This document shows positions 47,884-57,154 of a stretch of 64,000 bases of DNA, piece after piece (the stretch's first letter is position 1; every line of letters begins with the position of its first letter). This stretch comes from Rhynchopus sp. YZ270_cl-10 (taxonomy: Eukaryota), in NCBI GenBank assembly GCA_964035575.1, contig OZ037836.1, positions 124,001 to 188,000 of the forward strand, written 5' to 3'. The position numbers and the translations under genes are program-made. The notes beneath the pieces were generated by a model. That model saw nothing but the letters and a program-made list of their open reading frames with translations. It ran no database searches and was not told the origin of the DNA.

Positions 47884-50529
47884 TTAATACGACCTTTCTC
47901 GGTTATTGTCCGTGTCGCGGGGGCGGCTGTTCTCGTCCGTCGTCGTATCTTTCTTCTTCTCCTCACCGCCACGATCTTGAGCATCCCTGGCCTTGTCCTT
48001 GGCCTCGCGAGCTGCCTTCTTCAGCGCCTCGTTCTCCTCCGTGAGCCGCTTGCTCTCCGCTGCCAGCTGCACGTTCTGGTCCTTGCACTGCTGCACCGTC
48101 TCCTTCATCTCAGCACATTCTGCTCTGAGCTGTTCCATGTCGAGAGGCTGCGGCGGTTGCGCGACTGGTGCCGACTGCTGCGGCTGCCCCATCATCCGCT
48201 TCTGTGCCTCCAACATCTCCTTCTGCTGCTCCATGACGCCCTTCATCATCTCCCGCAATTCCTTCATCTCCTGCTTCATCATCTCTATCTCTACCTGCGC
48301 TGCTGATGAAGCTGCGGGAGGTGCCGGAGCCGCCGGTGCCCCTGTTGCAGGGTGGGGTCGAGCTGCAGGTGGTGCGTATCCCCTCGCCTTAGCCGCCCAC
48401 GTGCCAGCGCCGCTCTCTGCTGCTCCTTGCCTCGGTACTGGGAACTGCGCCAGAGGGAAACCCCACGGATTCGCACCCACCTTCTGCACACGACGCCCTT
48501 CCTTCACCGCACACACCGTCAGCACCAATCCACCCACCTCCAGCACCCCTTCTGTGCTCGGGCACGTCACATCCGACGTAACGGTCCACTTGTGCCCTCG
48601 CGACAGCACCTTCACCGTCCAGCTCGCCTCTCTCGCCAGCCCCTCACACAACAGCTGGAACGACGTGTTCGCCGGAATTCCCCCAATCTCGTACCTGTGT
48701 CCCTGCACGACGACGTCCTCCTGCACAAGAAGCCTCTTCGCAGCCTCCAAGTCCCCCTTCATCACCCGCACCGCGTAGCCCCCTTCCCCTACGGCGAGTC
48801 CGCGCACGCTATCCTCCATGTTCTCCTCGACAAGGTCCAGCCGTGCCAGAGCAGACTCCAGCGGTTCCGCCTTCCACAACAACCCACAGTCCCCGTACTC
48901 CTTTGCCTGGAAGAGGTGCCGCACAAACACCCCTTCCCGTCCGCTTCTCCTCAGCATGGCGCACACCATGTCCTCCGTCACGTCCACAGACATCTCCATC
49001 CATCCTCCTCTCTCCAAGCCGCGTCCACACCGCACCCCCTGCAACCCGTACCACCGACGCATGCGTTGCTCTCCCTTTGTGCGTCCCTCCCCCTGGAGCA
49101 ACATCGTTCTGCCCATCAGCGTAATCAGCTTGCTCGAGAACGTGCTCTCCACCGGCTTCACCACGTCGTCCAAGTTAGTTGTCATGGACGACAGCCACAC
49201 TTCTTCCACCTTTGCTCCCCGCTCCGTCCTCACCGCCACCTTCGCCTTCTTCGTGCGCGCTGCACCCGTACACTTCGAACGGGACACAATCACCATCTGC
49301 GGAAGTTGGTGCAGCAACTGTAACCCCTGCAGAAGTTCGCTCGCCTTCCACGCAACTGCCGCCACCTGCGTCACCCCTTCCACATTGCTGGGCACTGCAT
49401 CCCACACCGGGATTTTCCATCCCTGGGTCGCCAGGTTCAGTGCATCCTCCGCTGCGCTCTGGGTCACCGCCGTCGCCTTCTTCTTCCCCTTCACAGCTGT
49501 AGCCGGTACGTGCAGTTGCGGTTGTCCCACTGCGCACAGAAGTTCCTCCCCCACCTTCAACCCTGCCGATTCCACAGCACCGTAGTGGACCCCCTCGAAC
49601 CCCAGGACTACGTCAGACTCCGAGAAGATGAGGTTAGCCTTCTCCGGTGTTCCTTCTGCCAGCTGCCCGTCGGACTGCCCGTCGATCAGCGTAGCCCGTA
49701 GCGCGTTCTCCGGTCCAACGTCAAGCACAACAATGCGGACCTTCATCACCTTGGCGATCGCATGGAGACACAAATGGTCCCCCCATGTCCCCAGCTGCGC
49801 CATGCCTGCCAGGTATGCATCAATGCACCCCTCGTCCACAAATGGGCTGTAGTGTGCCTTCTGCTCCTTCATCACCTCAACTGCGAGCCTGCGGAAGCCT
49901 GCGTGACCATTCGGGGACCGCTCCACAGACCACGCCACCGACCGGAACAGACAGTCCCCCTTGCCCCCACATTCCTCCCATCGCAACCCCCATCTTTCCA
50001 GGTGTCCCTTGACACCTGGCTGCACGGCAGCTGCCAGCGTCTCCGTCCTGCATCCCCTTGCGGCGTACCCCCCTCCTGCAACCAGCTGGGCGTTGCTCTC
50101 TGCCTCCTTCATCCCCTTCCCCGCATTCGCGCAGTGCTGCAGCGATACCCTTATCCCCCTCTTCTTCAACTCGCCCAGCAGCGCCTTCACCTTCTCCAGC
50201 CTCGGCTTCAGCAACGACGAGTCGCAGGCGTGCCCCTCAGCCACCTGCCTCCAGACCACCAAGTGTGTGACCCACACGCGCGCGTGGGTGCCCTTCGGGT
50301 ACGACCCGTCGGCCACCCCTTGCAGTCCGAGCAGGATGCCCTCGTACGCGGCTTCCGCCTTGGTGATGTTGGCCAGGCGGCGGGTCACTTCCCAGTGCGT
50401 TGCTGGTTCCTCCTCCGTCGCATCACGCGCCAGCGCACACAGTCCCGTCGTGTCCTGCACCTTCACCCCAGGAAATACTCCGATGAAGAGGTCCGGATCC
50501 TTCCTCTCCTCCCCAGCACTGCGCTTCAT
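47884..50529 (-). CDS. LINE ORF1: degenerate RNase H-like fold + OTU cysteine protease + C-terminal coiled coil
   Basis: TKAEAAYEGILLGL...HLVVWRQV...LLKPRLEKVKALL (RNase HI-like pattern); GGKGDCLFRSVA...YLAGMAQLGTWGDHLCLHAIA...GVHYGAV (OTU); E/M/K/Q-rich heptads. The upstream ATG at 50748 lies inside the ribozyme, so the ATG at 50529 (MKRS) is preferred. Confidence 0.85.
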   Translation of the reverse strand: MKRSAGEERKDPDLFIGVFPGVKVQDTTGLCALARDATEEEPATHWEVTRRLANITKAEAAYEGILLGLQGVADGSYPKGTHARVWVTHLVVWRQVAEGHACDSSLLKPRLEKVKALLGELKKRGIRVSLQHCANAGKGMKEAESNAQLVAGGGYAARGCRTETLAAAVQPGVKGHLERWGLRWEECGGKGDCLFRSVAWSVERSPNGHAGFRRLAVEVMKEQKAHYSPFVDEGCIDAYLAGMAQLGTWGDHLCLHAIAKVMKVRIVVLDVGPENALRATLIDGQSDGQLAEGTPEKANLIFSESDVVLGFEGVHYGAVESAGLKVGEELLCAVGQPQLHVPATAVKGKKKATAVTQSAAEDALNLATQGWKIPVWDAVPSNVEGVTQVAAVAWKASELLQGLQLLHQLPQMVIVSRSKCTGAARTKKAKVAVRTERGAKVEEVWLSSMTTNLDDVVKPVESTFSSKLITLMGRTMLLQGEGRTKGEQRMRRWYGLQGVRCGRGLERGGWMEMSVDVTEDMVCAMLRRSGREGVFVRHLFQAKEYGDCGLLWKAEPLESALARLDLVEENMEDSVRGLAVGEGGYAVRVMKGDLEAAKRLLVQEDVVVQGHRYEIGGIPANTSFQLLCEGLAREASWTVKVLSRGHKWTVTSDVTCPSTEGVLEVGGLVLTVCAVKEGRRVQKVGANPWGFPLAQFPVPRQGAAESGAGTWAAKARGYAPPAARPHPATGAPAAPAPPAASSAAQVEIEMMKQEMKELREMMKGVMEQQKEMLEAQKRMMGQPQQSAPVAQPPQPLDMEQLRAECAEMKETVQQCKDQNVQLAAESKRLTEENEALKKAAREAKDKARDAQDRGGEEKKKDTTTDENSRPRDTDNNRERSY

Positions 50530-50658
50530 GCCGCCTGCCCCCGGGTACGTCTGCTGCCGTAGCCCCTCAGCCCAGTGCACCTGCTCCGCCGCCGACGTCA
50601 CCTCATCACTGCAACAGCAGTTCCACGACCTGCAGCACACAGGCGCCGGCGGGTGTGG

Positions 50659-50788
50659 CGTCCACTTGGCCGATCCGTGTGACGGATCGTTGCCCGGGAT
50701 ACTCCGCGTGGAGGCTGGACGTGACTTCGACACCATGTACGAAAACATTGTTTATATTCTTTCTTTTTGTGTACGTTGTGTGTATCCC
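50659..50788 (-). ncRNA. HDV-like self-cleaving ribozyme at the exact 5' end of the LINE
   Basis: P1 GGGAUAC/GUAUCCC; P2 CGUCCA/UGGACG; P3 GCC/GGA around L3 UCCACGC; P1.1 CC/GG; GCAA linker; P4 CGAUCCGU/ACGGAUCG; J4/2 GCCAAG with candidate catalytic C at 50669. Confidence 0.85.
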
Positions 50789-51986
50789 TCCAGAGTGGTT
50801 AAAGCTTTGCAGCCGTCAAGAAAGCAATGACCCAACACAGTCACGTTGCTAAGTGGCGAGAGATCGAGGGTGGTAAATTTGCAGCCGGAGAGAAAGTAGT
50901 TACCAACCACCGTCACACTGCTCAACCCAAAGATGTCGATACTTGTTAACGATGTGCACTCGGACAGAAAGTAGTCACCTACCTGCGTCACATTCCTCAA
51001 CCCAGAAAGGTCCATGCTTGTTAACGAGGTGCAGTTGTAGAGAAAGTAGTCGCCAATGCGTGTCACAAAGGACACAGCACTCAGATCAAGTGTTGTTAAC
51101 GATGAACCCGACAAGAATGCTTTCGGAATGACAGTCGCAACCTCCGCCTGCAGAAGCAAACACGCCACCTCAGGATCCTCCACCTCCTCCAACCGCTCTG
51201 CCGTGATGTTTCTCTCACCCAACGCATGAAGTGCTGCTATGGATTCGTACTTCTGTGTTTTTGTGAGGATAATTGTGTCACCAGCACTCAGCTGCGTCAT
51301 GTCCGCTCCTTCTCCCATCGCTTCGTCTCCGAAACTCATGCAAAAGCTGTCTTCAGGCAACCCCATTGCAGACGCCACCTTCCGCCGCAAGTCCTCCACT
51401 GTGTCATCTGCACCCACCTCGACTGTGTGCTGATTCGCTCTGAAATCCTCGAAGTGCACGTCCATTTGTTTGTTGTGGTTTTGTGTTCTGAGCTCTGTGT
51501 GTGTGGTGGTGGGGAGTGGAGGACAACAAACCCTTGTGGTCCTTCTGAAAGAACCTTGCTTATGTTTACAGTGTTCCGACACCACTGATCGAGTGAACAA
51601 TCAGCCTGGAGCAAATGTGGCAAAACTACCAAACAAAAAGGGGTGGACGTTTGATTTTTCATCACCTGTTTGTCATATTCCACAAGCCCGTACAAATTCA
51701 ATCACGACAGAAACATTCTTTTTGAATGTCGGATGCTGTACCTAAAGGTATAAAAACCCTGTTTGCCTTTTGTGTAGCACAAACGAAAAGTCCCACTTGT
51801 TTGAATCATTACCCACCACAAAGTATTTGTCCTGATAAAAATATATAGCGTGAGATAATCTAAACGTACACGCTGTGTGCTGTGCTACATAGCGGGCTTC
51901 CTCAAACACAAATGGCATGTGAGCCACCACTTGGTACCGCGAACCTCGCCAATATGAGGCTGAAACCACCACAGCACACCTCATCG

Positions 51987-52952
51987 TCATTGTGCGGCTC
52001 TCTGCCGTTTGTGTGCCTGCTCGGGGGATTCGTCTCTGCTGCGTTTCGGACGTGCTTCAACCACAAGCTTGCTCAGTTCCCCGTTCCTCACTTCGTTGGA
52101 CACAGCACTGCTGCAGCCGGTAAGGTAAACACTCTTCAACGAAGTGCGGCTCGCAACAAAACGCCGACCAACACATGTAACCCTGCTGAGTCGCGACAAA
52201 TCTAGGGTGGTTAAACCTTCGCAGGCCCAGAGAACGTGGCTACCAATTTCTGTCAAGTTGATGAGTGGTGAGAGATCCAGAGTGGTTAAAGCTTTGCAGC
52301 CGTCAAGAAAGTAACTACCAAACACGGTCACGTTGCTGAGTGGCGAGAGATCGAGGGTGGTAAATCTGCAGCCGGAGAGAAAGCAGTCACCAACATCCGT
52401 CACACTGCTCAACCCAGAAAGGTCGATGCTTGTCAACGATCTGCACTCTTGTAGAAAGTTGTCACCAACCACCGTCACATTCCTCAACCCAGAAAGGCCC
52501 ATGCTTGTTAACGAGGTGCAGTTGCAGAGAAATTCACCTCCAATGTCAGTCACAAAGGACACAGCACTCAGATCAAGTGTTGTTAACGATGACTCCCTCA
52601 AGAACCCATCAGGAATGACAGTCGCAACCTCCGCCTGCAGAAGCAAACACGCCACCTCAGGATCCTCCTCAGTGGCCAACGCCTCTGCCGTGATGTCTGT
52701 CACACCCAACGCATGAAGTGCTGCTATGGATTCGTGCTTCTGCGTTTTCGCGAGGATGATTGTGTCACCAGCACTCAGCTGCGTCATGTCCGCTCCTTCT
52801 CCCATCGCTTCGTCTCCGAAACTCATGCAAAAGCTGTCTTCAGGCAACCCCATTGCAGACGCCACCTTCCGCCGCAAATCCTCCACTGTGTCATCTGCAC
52901 CCACCTCGACTGTGTGCTGATTCGCTCTGAAATCCTCGAAGTGCACGTCCAT
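51987..52952 (-). CDS. UBL + LRR protein with bipartite NLS-like tail, 321 aa
   Basis: Intact ORF; tandem unit of about 1.49 kb. Confidence 0.92.
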   Translation of the reverse strand: MDVHFEDFRANQHTVEVGADDTVEDLRRKVASAMGLPEDSFCMSFGDEAMGEGADMTQLSAGDTIILAKTQKHESIAALHALGVTDITAEALATEEDPEVACLLLQAEVATVIPDGFLRESSLTTLDLSAVSFVTDIGGEFLCNCTSLTSMGLSGLRNVTVVGDNFLQECRSLTSIDLSGLSSVTDVGDCFLSGCRFTTLDLSPLSNVTVFGSYFLDGCKALTTLDLSPLINLTEIGSHVLWACEGLTTLDLSRLSRVTCVGRRFVASRTSLKSVYLTGCSSAVSNEVRNGELSKLVVEARPKRSRDESPEQAHKRQRAAQ

Positions 52953-53473
52953 TTGTTTGTTGTGGTTTTGTGTTCTGAGCTCTGTGTGTGGTGGTGGGGT
53001 GCGGAGGACAACAAACCCTTTGTGGTCCTTCTGAAAGAACCTTGCTTATGTTTACAGTGTTCCGACACCACTGATCGAGTGTACAATCAGCCTGGAGCAA
53101 ATGTGGCAAAACTACCAAACAAAAAGGGGTGGAGACGGGGTGGACGTTTGATTTTATTCATTTATTTGTCATATTCCACAAGCCTATACAAATTCAATCA
53201 CGACAGAAACAGTCTTTTTGCATGTCCCTAAAGATATAAAAACCCCGTTTGCCTTTTGTGTAGCACAAACAAAAAGACTCATACGTATGAATCATTACCC
53301 ACCACAAAGTATTTGTCCTGATAAAAATATATAGCGTGAGATAATCTGAACGTACACGCTGTGTGCTGTGCTACATAGCGGGCTTCCTCAAATACAAATG
53401 GCACGTGAGACACCACTTGGCACCACGAACCTCGCCAATTCTGAGGCTGAACCCACCACAGCACACCTCATCG

Positions 53474-54442
53474 TCATTGTGCGTGTTTCTGCCGTTTGTG
53501 TGCTTGCTGGGGGGATTCGTCTCTGCTGCGTTTCGGACGTGCTTTAACAACCACAAGCTCGCGCAGCTCTACATTCCCCATTGCGTCGGACACAGCACTG
53601 CTGCAGCCGGTAAGGTAAACACTCCTCAACGAAGTGCAATACTCAATAAATGGATTACCAACATTAGTAACCCTGCTGAGTGGTGACAAATCTAGGGTGG
53701 TTAAACCTTCGCAGGCCCAGAGAACGTGGCTACCAATTTCTGTCAAGTTGCTGAGTGGTGAGAGATCCAGAGTGGTTAAAGCTTTGCAGCCGTCAAGAAA
53801 GCAATGACCCAACACAGTCACGTTGCTAAGTGGCGAGAGATCGAGGGTGGTAAATTTGCAGCCGGAGAGAAAGTAGTTACCAACCACCGTCACACTGCTC
53901 AACCCAAAGATGTCGATACTTGTTAACGATGTGCACTCGGACAGAAAGTAGTCACCTACCTGCGTCACATTCCTCAACCCAGAAAGGTCCATGCTTGTTA
54001 ACGAGGTGCAGTTGTAGAGAAAGTAGTCGCCAATGCGTGTCACAAAGGACACAGCACTCAGATCAAGTGTTGTTAACGATGAACCCGACAAGAATGCTTT
54101 CGGAATGACAGTCGCAACCTCCGCCTGCAGAAGCAAACACGCCACCTCAGGATCCTCCACCTCCTCCAACCGCTCTGCCGTGATGTTTCTCTCACCCAAC
54201 GCATGAAGTGCTGCTATGGATTCGTACTTCTGTGTTTTTGTGAGGATAATTGTGTCACCAGCACTCAGCTGCGTCATGTCCGCTCCTTCTCCCATCGCTT
54301 CGTCTCCGAAACTCATGCAAAAGCTGTCTTCAGGCAACCCCATTGCAGACGCCACCTTCCGCCGCAAGTCCTCCACTGTGTCATCTGCACCCACCTCGAC
54401 TGTGTGCTGGTTCGCTCTGAAATCCTCGAAGTGCACGTCCAT
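53474..54442 (-). CDS. UBL + LRR protein with bipartite NLS-like tail, 322 aa
   Basis: Intact ORF; the uninterrupted twin of the LINE-disrupted copy. Confidence 0.92.
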   Translation of the reverse strand: MDVHFEDFRANQHTVEVGADDTVEDLRRKVASAMGLPEDSFCMSFGDEAMGEGADMTQLSAGDTIILTKTQKYESIAALHALGERNITAERLEEVEDPEVACLLLQAEVATVIPKAFLSGSSLTTLDLSAVSFVTRIGDYFLYNCTSLTSMDLSGLRNVTQVGDYFLSECTSLTSIDIFGLSSVTVVGNYFLSGCKFTTLDLSPLSNVTVLGHCFLDGCKALTTLDLSPLSNLTEIGSHVLWACEGLTTLDLSPLSRVTNVGNPFIEYCTSLRSVYLTGCSSAVSDAMGNVELRELVVVKARPKRSRDESPQQAHKRQKHAQ

Positions 54443-55799
54443 TTGTTTGTTGTGGTTTTGTGTTCTGAGCTCTGTGTGTGGTGGTGGGGTGCGGAGGACA
54501 ACAAACCCTTTGTGGTCCTTCTGAAAGAACCTTGCTTATGTTTACAGTGTTCCGACACCACTGATCGAGTGTGCAATCAGCCTGGAGCAAATGTGGAAAA
54601 ACTACTAAACTAAAAGGGGGGGAGACGGGGTGGACGTTTACATTTTGTTGTGTTATATACTATACTTGTTGTCCGTACATTTCAATAATGCTGATTAGGT
54701 AGTCGATGGATGGATTATGAAGTATACTTTTTTTTTCTTTGCTGTGCTCTTGTATTGATTTGCTGTATTCTTGTTTTATTTTGGGTGTTTTGCTTTTAGA
54801 CGAAAAGGGGTTTGGGGGGAAGAGTTTAATTCTTGAACGCATCCCCACACTCAGTCACACGATCAAAAAGAATTTTACTTGAAATACAAAAAAAGACCTT
54901 TCGTGAACTCTGGTACCTAACAGGGTCCCTGTACCAGCGTGGACACCCAAGAATCGATTATGTGGTTTACATCTAGAAAAAGAGACACAGCCATACCATT
55001 GGTATTAAGGGAACAATACGATGAATATACTACAGTGTCAGTAGCTATCTTCACCCACACAGGAAAAACGGGAAACGGAAACGGAAACAGGGGGGAGAGT
55101 TTTGTTAGTTTGTACGCTTCCACCTCAGCGAAAATAAAATAAAATAAAAAACCCCCCCCGTCGTTTGTTGAGTTGGTACGCTCTCCTCAGCATCGATGAG
55201 GAAAAACATCTCAAAAAAAAACCCTTTCAAACTTCGCAGATGGGGTCCAGTTTGTATAATATGAAAACACGAGCAATGAATACAAAACCGCAAAAACGTT
55301 TCACCACCCTCAGCCTACAAACTCAGAGACCCACAACGGGCAACCTCGAATGTGAGGGCGGGCATATAGGCCGGGGAAGGACCGGAAAGATTTGTCAAAA
55401 AGTGAAGTTATTGCTGCACTTCCCGCTGACCACGTACAATTCCTAGCCCAGCTCGATGAAAGCACAAAGTACCCTGCAGCCAACAACAGATGTAAGGAAA
55501 CATGGTCAAAAAAAATAAAAGTCTCTAAATTGGTGCGCCTGAAGAGGGTTTCTTGATTCGCACTTTTTTTTGTTCCCTCATTCAGTCATACCATAAATTG
55601 AAAAAAAGTTGAAACACAAAAAGCGCTTCGGGGCGAGCAACGGGAAAACACATGAGAGAGCTTGCCGTTCCCTTAGGCTGCACAGCGCGTCTTGCGTCCA
55701 ACAACAGAATATGTGAAAAAAGACGAATCCCCAAATGAGTGGCTACTGTATACCGGTTTCAAAAATGGGGAAGGGGTGTCGTACTAACTAAGGGGGGAG

Positions 55800-55930
55800 T
55801 AGGGGCGTCAGCCTATAGATACGACGATATAAATACGACTATTTTAGTGGGTTTCTTGACCTAAAACTCAAAAAAAAAATGCTTTTGTGACAAGTTTTCT
55901 TAAGGATTTCCTTAAGGGCTGACGCCCCTA
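55800..55930. mobile_element. Possible 131-bp MITE
   Basis: 14-bp inverted ends TAGGGGCGTCAGCC / GGCTGACGCCCCTA; similar AAG(n)AG on both flanks; a related inverted copy at about 63484-63578. Confidence 0.45.
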
Positions 55931-57019
55931 AAGGGGGGGAGTGGAAACAAAAAAAGAGAAAAGAGAATAGTAGATGATGAATGTCACCTAAAAAATGTGT
56001 TGAACAACAGAATGGTGTCAGCACCCTCTACGGTAATCAGCATGAATGCAGCGTGCACCACCTGCCGAAGAACTAGAGGGGATGAACTAAGTGTTGCAAA
56101 ACTCTTGAAAAAATGCTTCGAGAGACTCATTACTCTTTGCTTGTTGCTCAAAAGGATATGAAATATTTTGATTATAGACTTACTATCACTATATAAGCAG
56201 CCACGGTATTTCTTCACAGGATCCTTAAAAGGGAACAAAATAGAAGGGGTTTGAAAGTTTGTTTTGTTTTGTTTTGTTTTTGCTTTTGCTACTTTATTTT
56301 GTACTTTTTTGCTTATTTGTTTGTTTACTTTTGCAGCATGACCAGGGGTCGTTAAGACAAATAGAAGGGGACCATGAAAGAGGGGGAAAAGGTTGTTTTG
56401 TTGTTCGCTTCCGGGGATTTTTTATAAATTTCTTTTGAATAGATAAAAGAAATAAATTCCTTTTTATTTAAAAAAACAAAAGGCATTCCGTATCCGAAGG
56501 GGGGATGTCTGGGGACAAAAACAGATTTCTGTATTGGGGGTCGCTTCCGGGGAGGGGAAACAAGCCGGGGTAGGGGATACACAGATGTGCGACTTTTCAA
56601 GAGCGTCTCGAGCATTTTGCCAAATACGATATGTTCACAAAAATAATAATGCTCGAGAAACTCATTTCTAGGCTCAAAAAGACTATAAATGGGGAGTGGG
56701 GAAATAAAAGATTGTTCGTTATTAGCTTCCACACTACTTCTGTACTCAGATTCAAGTCTTTTTGGCTGTCCTTGCAAGCGCCTGCCAAAACGCTCGCCTC
56801 GTGGGTGTGGACTTTTTCCTTTTTTTGAAAACTGGGTTGTATTAGTGTAGCCACCCTAGAGTGTTCTCCACTATTTTTTTTTTCCTTTTTCCCTTTTTCT
56901 TATTCGACTTGATAAGTTGATCATAACAGTAAACAATTATGCATACTTACTGTATGAATGAGTTTGCCTGAAGTACAGAAAAGTGTCGTGGAGCACAGGG
57001 GGGGAAAGAGATCGGGGGG

Positions 57020-57154
57020 AAAATAAGAGGGGAGTTTGAATGGGTTTTTATGAAGTTTTTGTTATGTTTGCTTTGTGCTCAAAATAAGAGGGGAGTTTGA
57101 ATGGGTTTTTATGAAGTTTTTGTTATGTTTGCTTTGTGCTCAAAATAAGAGGGG
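57020..57154. repeat. 61-bp tandem duplication (about 2.2 copies)
   Basis: AAAATAAGAGGGGAGTTTGAATGGG... at 57020, 57081 and partially 57142. Confidence 0.9.

Larger units (their letters stand above)
43033..50788 (-). mobile_element. Full-length two-ORF non-LTR retrotransposon (APE-type LINE), 7756 bp
   Basis: 19-bp TSD TCCAGAGTGGTTAAAGCTT at 43014-43032 and 50789-50807; empty site in the paralogue at about 53766-53784; two intact ORFs; no poly(A) tail. Confidence 0.95.
42722..51465 (-). pseudogene. UBL-LRR-NLS gene interrupted by the full-length LINE
   Basis: The 5' part (51465-50789) and 3' part (43032-42722) reconstitute a near-identical copy of 53474-54442. Confidence 0.92.

Noticed and set aside
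43148..50830. Many long plus-strand ORFs within the LINE
   Set aside because: GC-rich antisense shadows of ORF1/ORF2 with no recognisable motifs.
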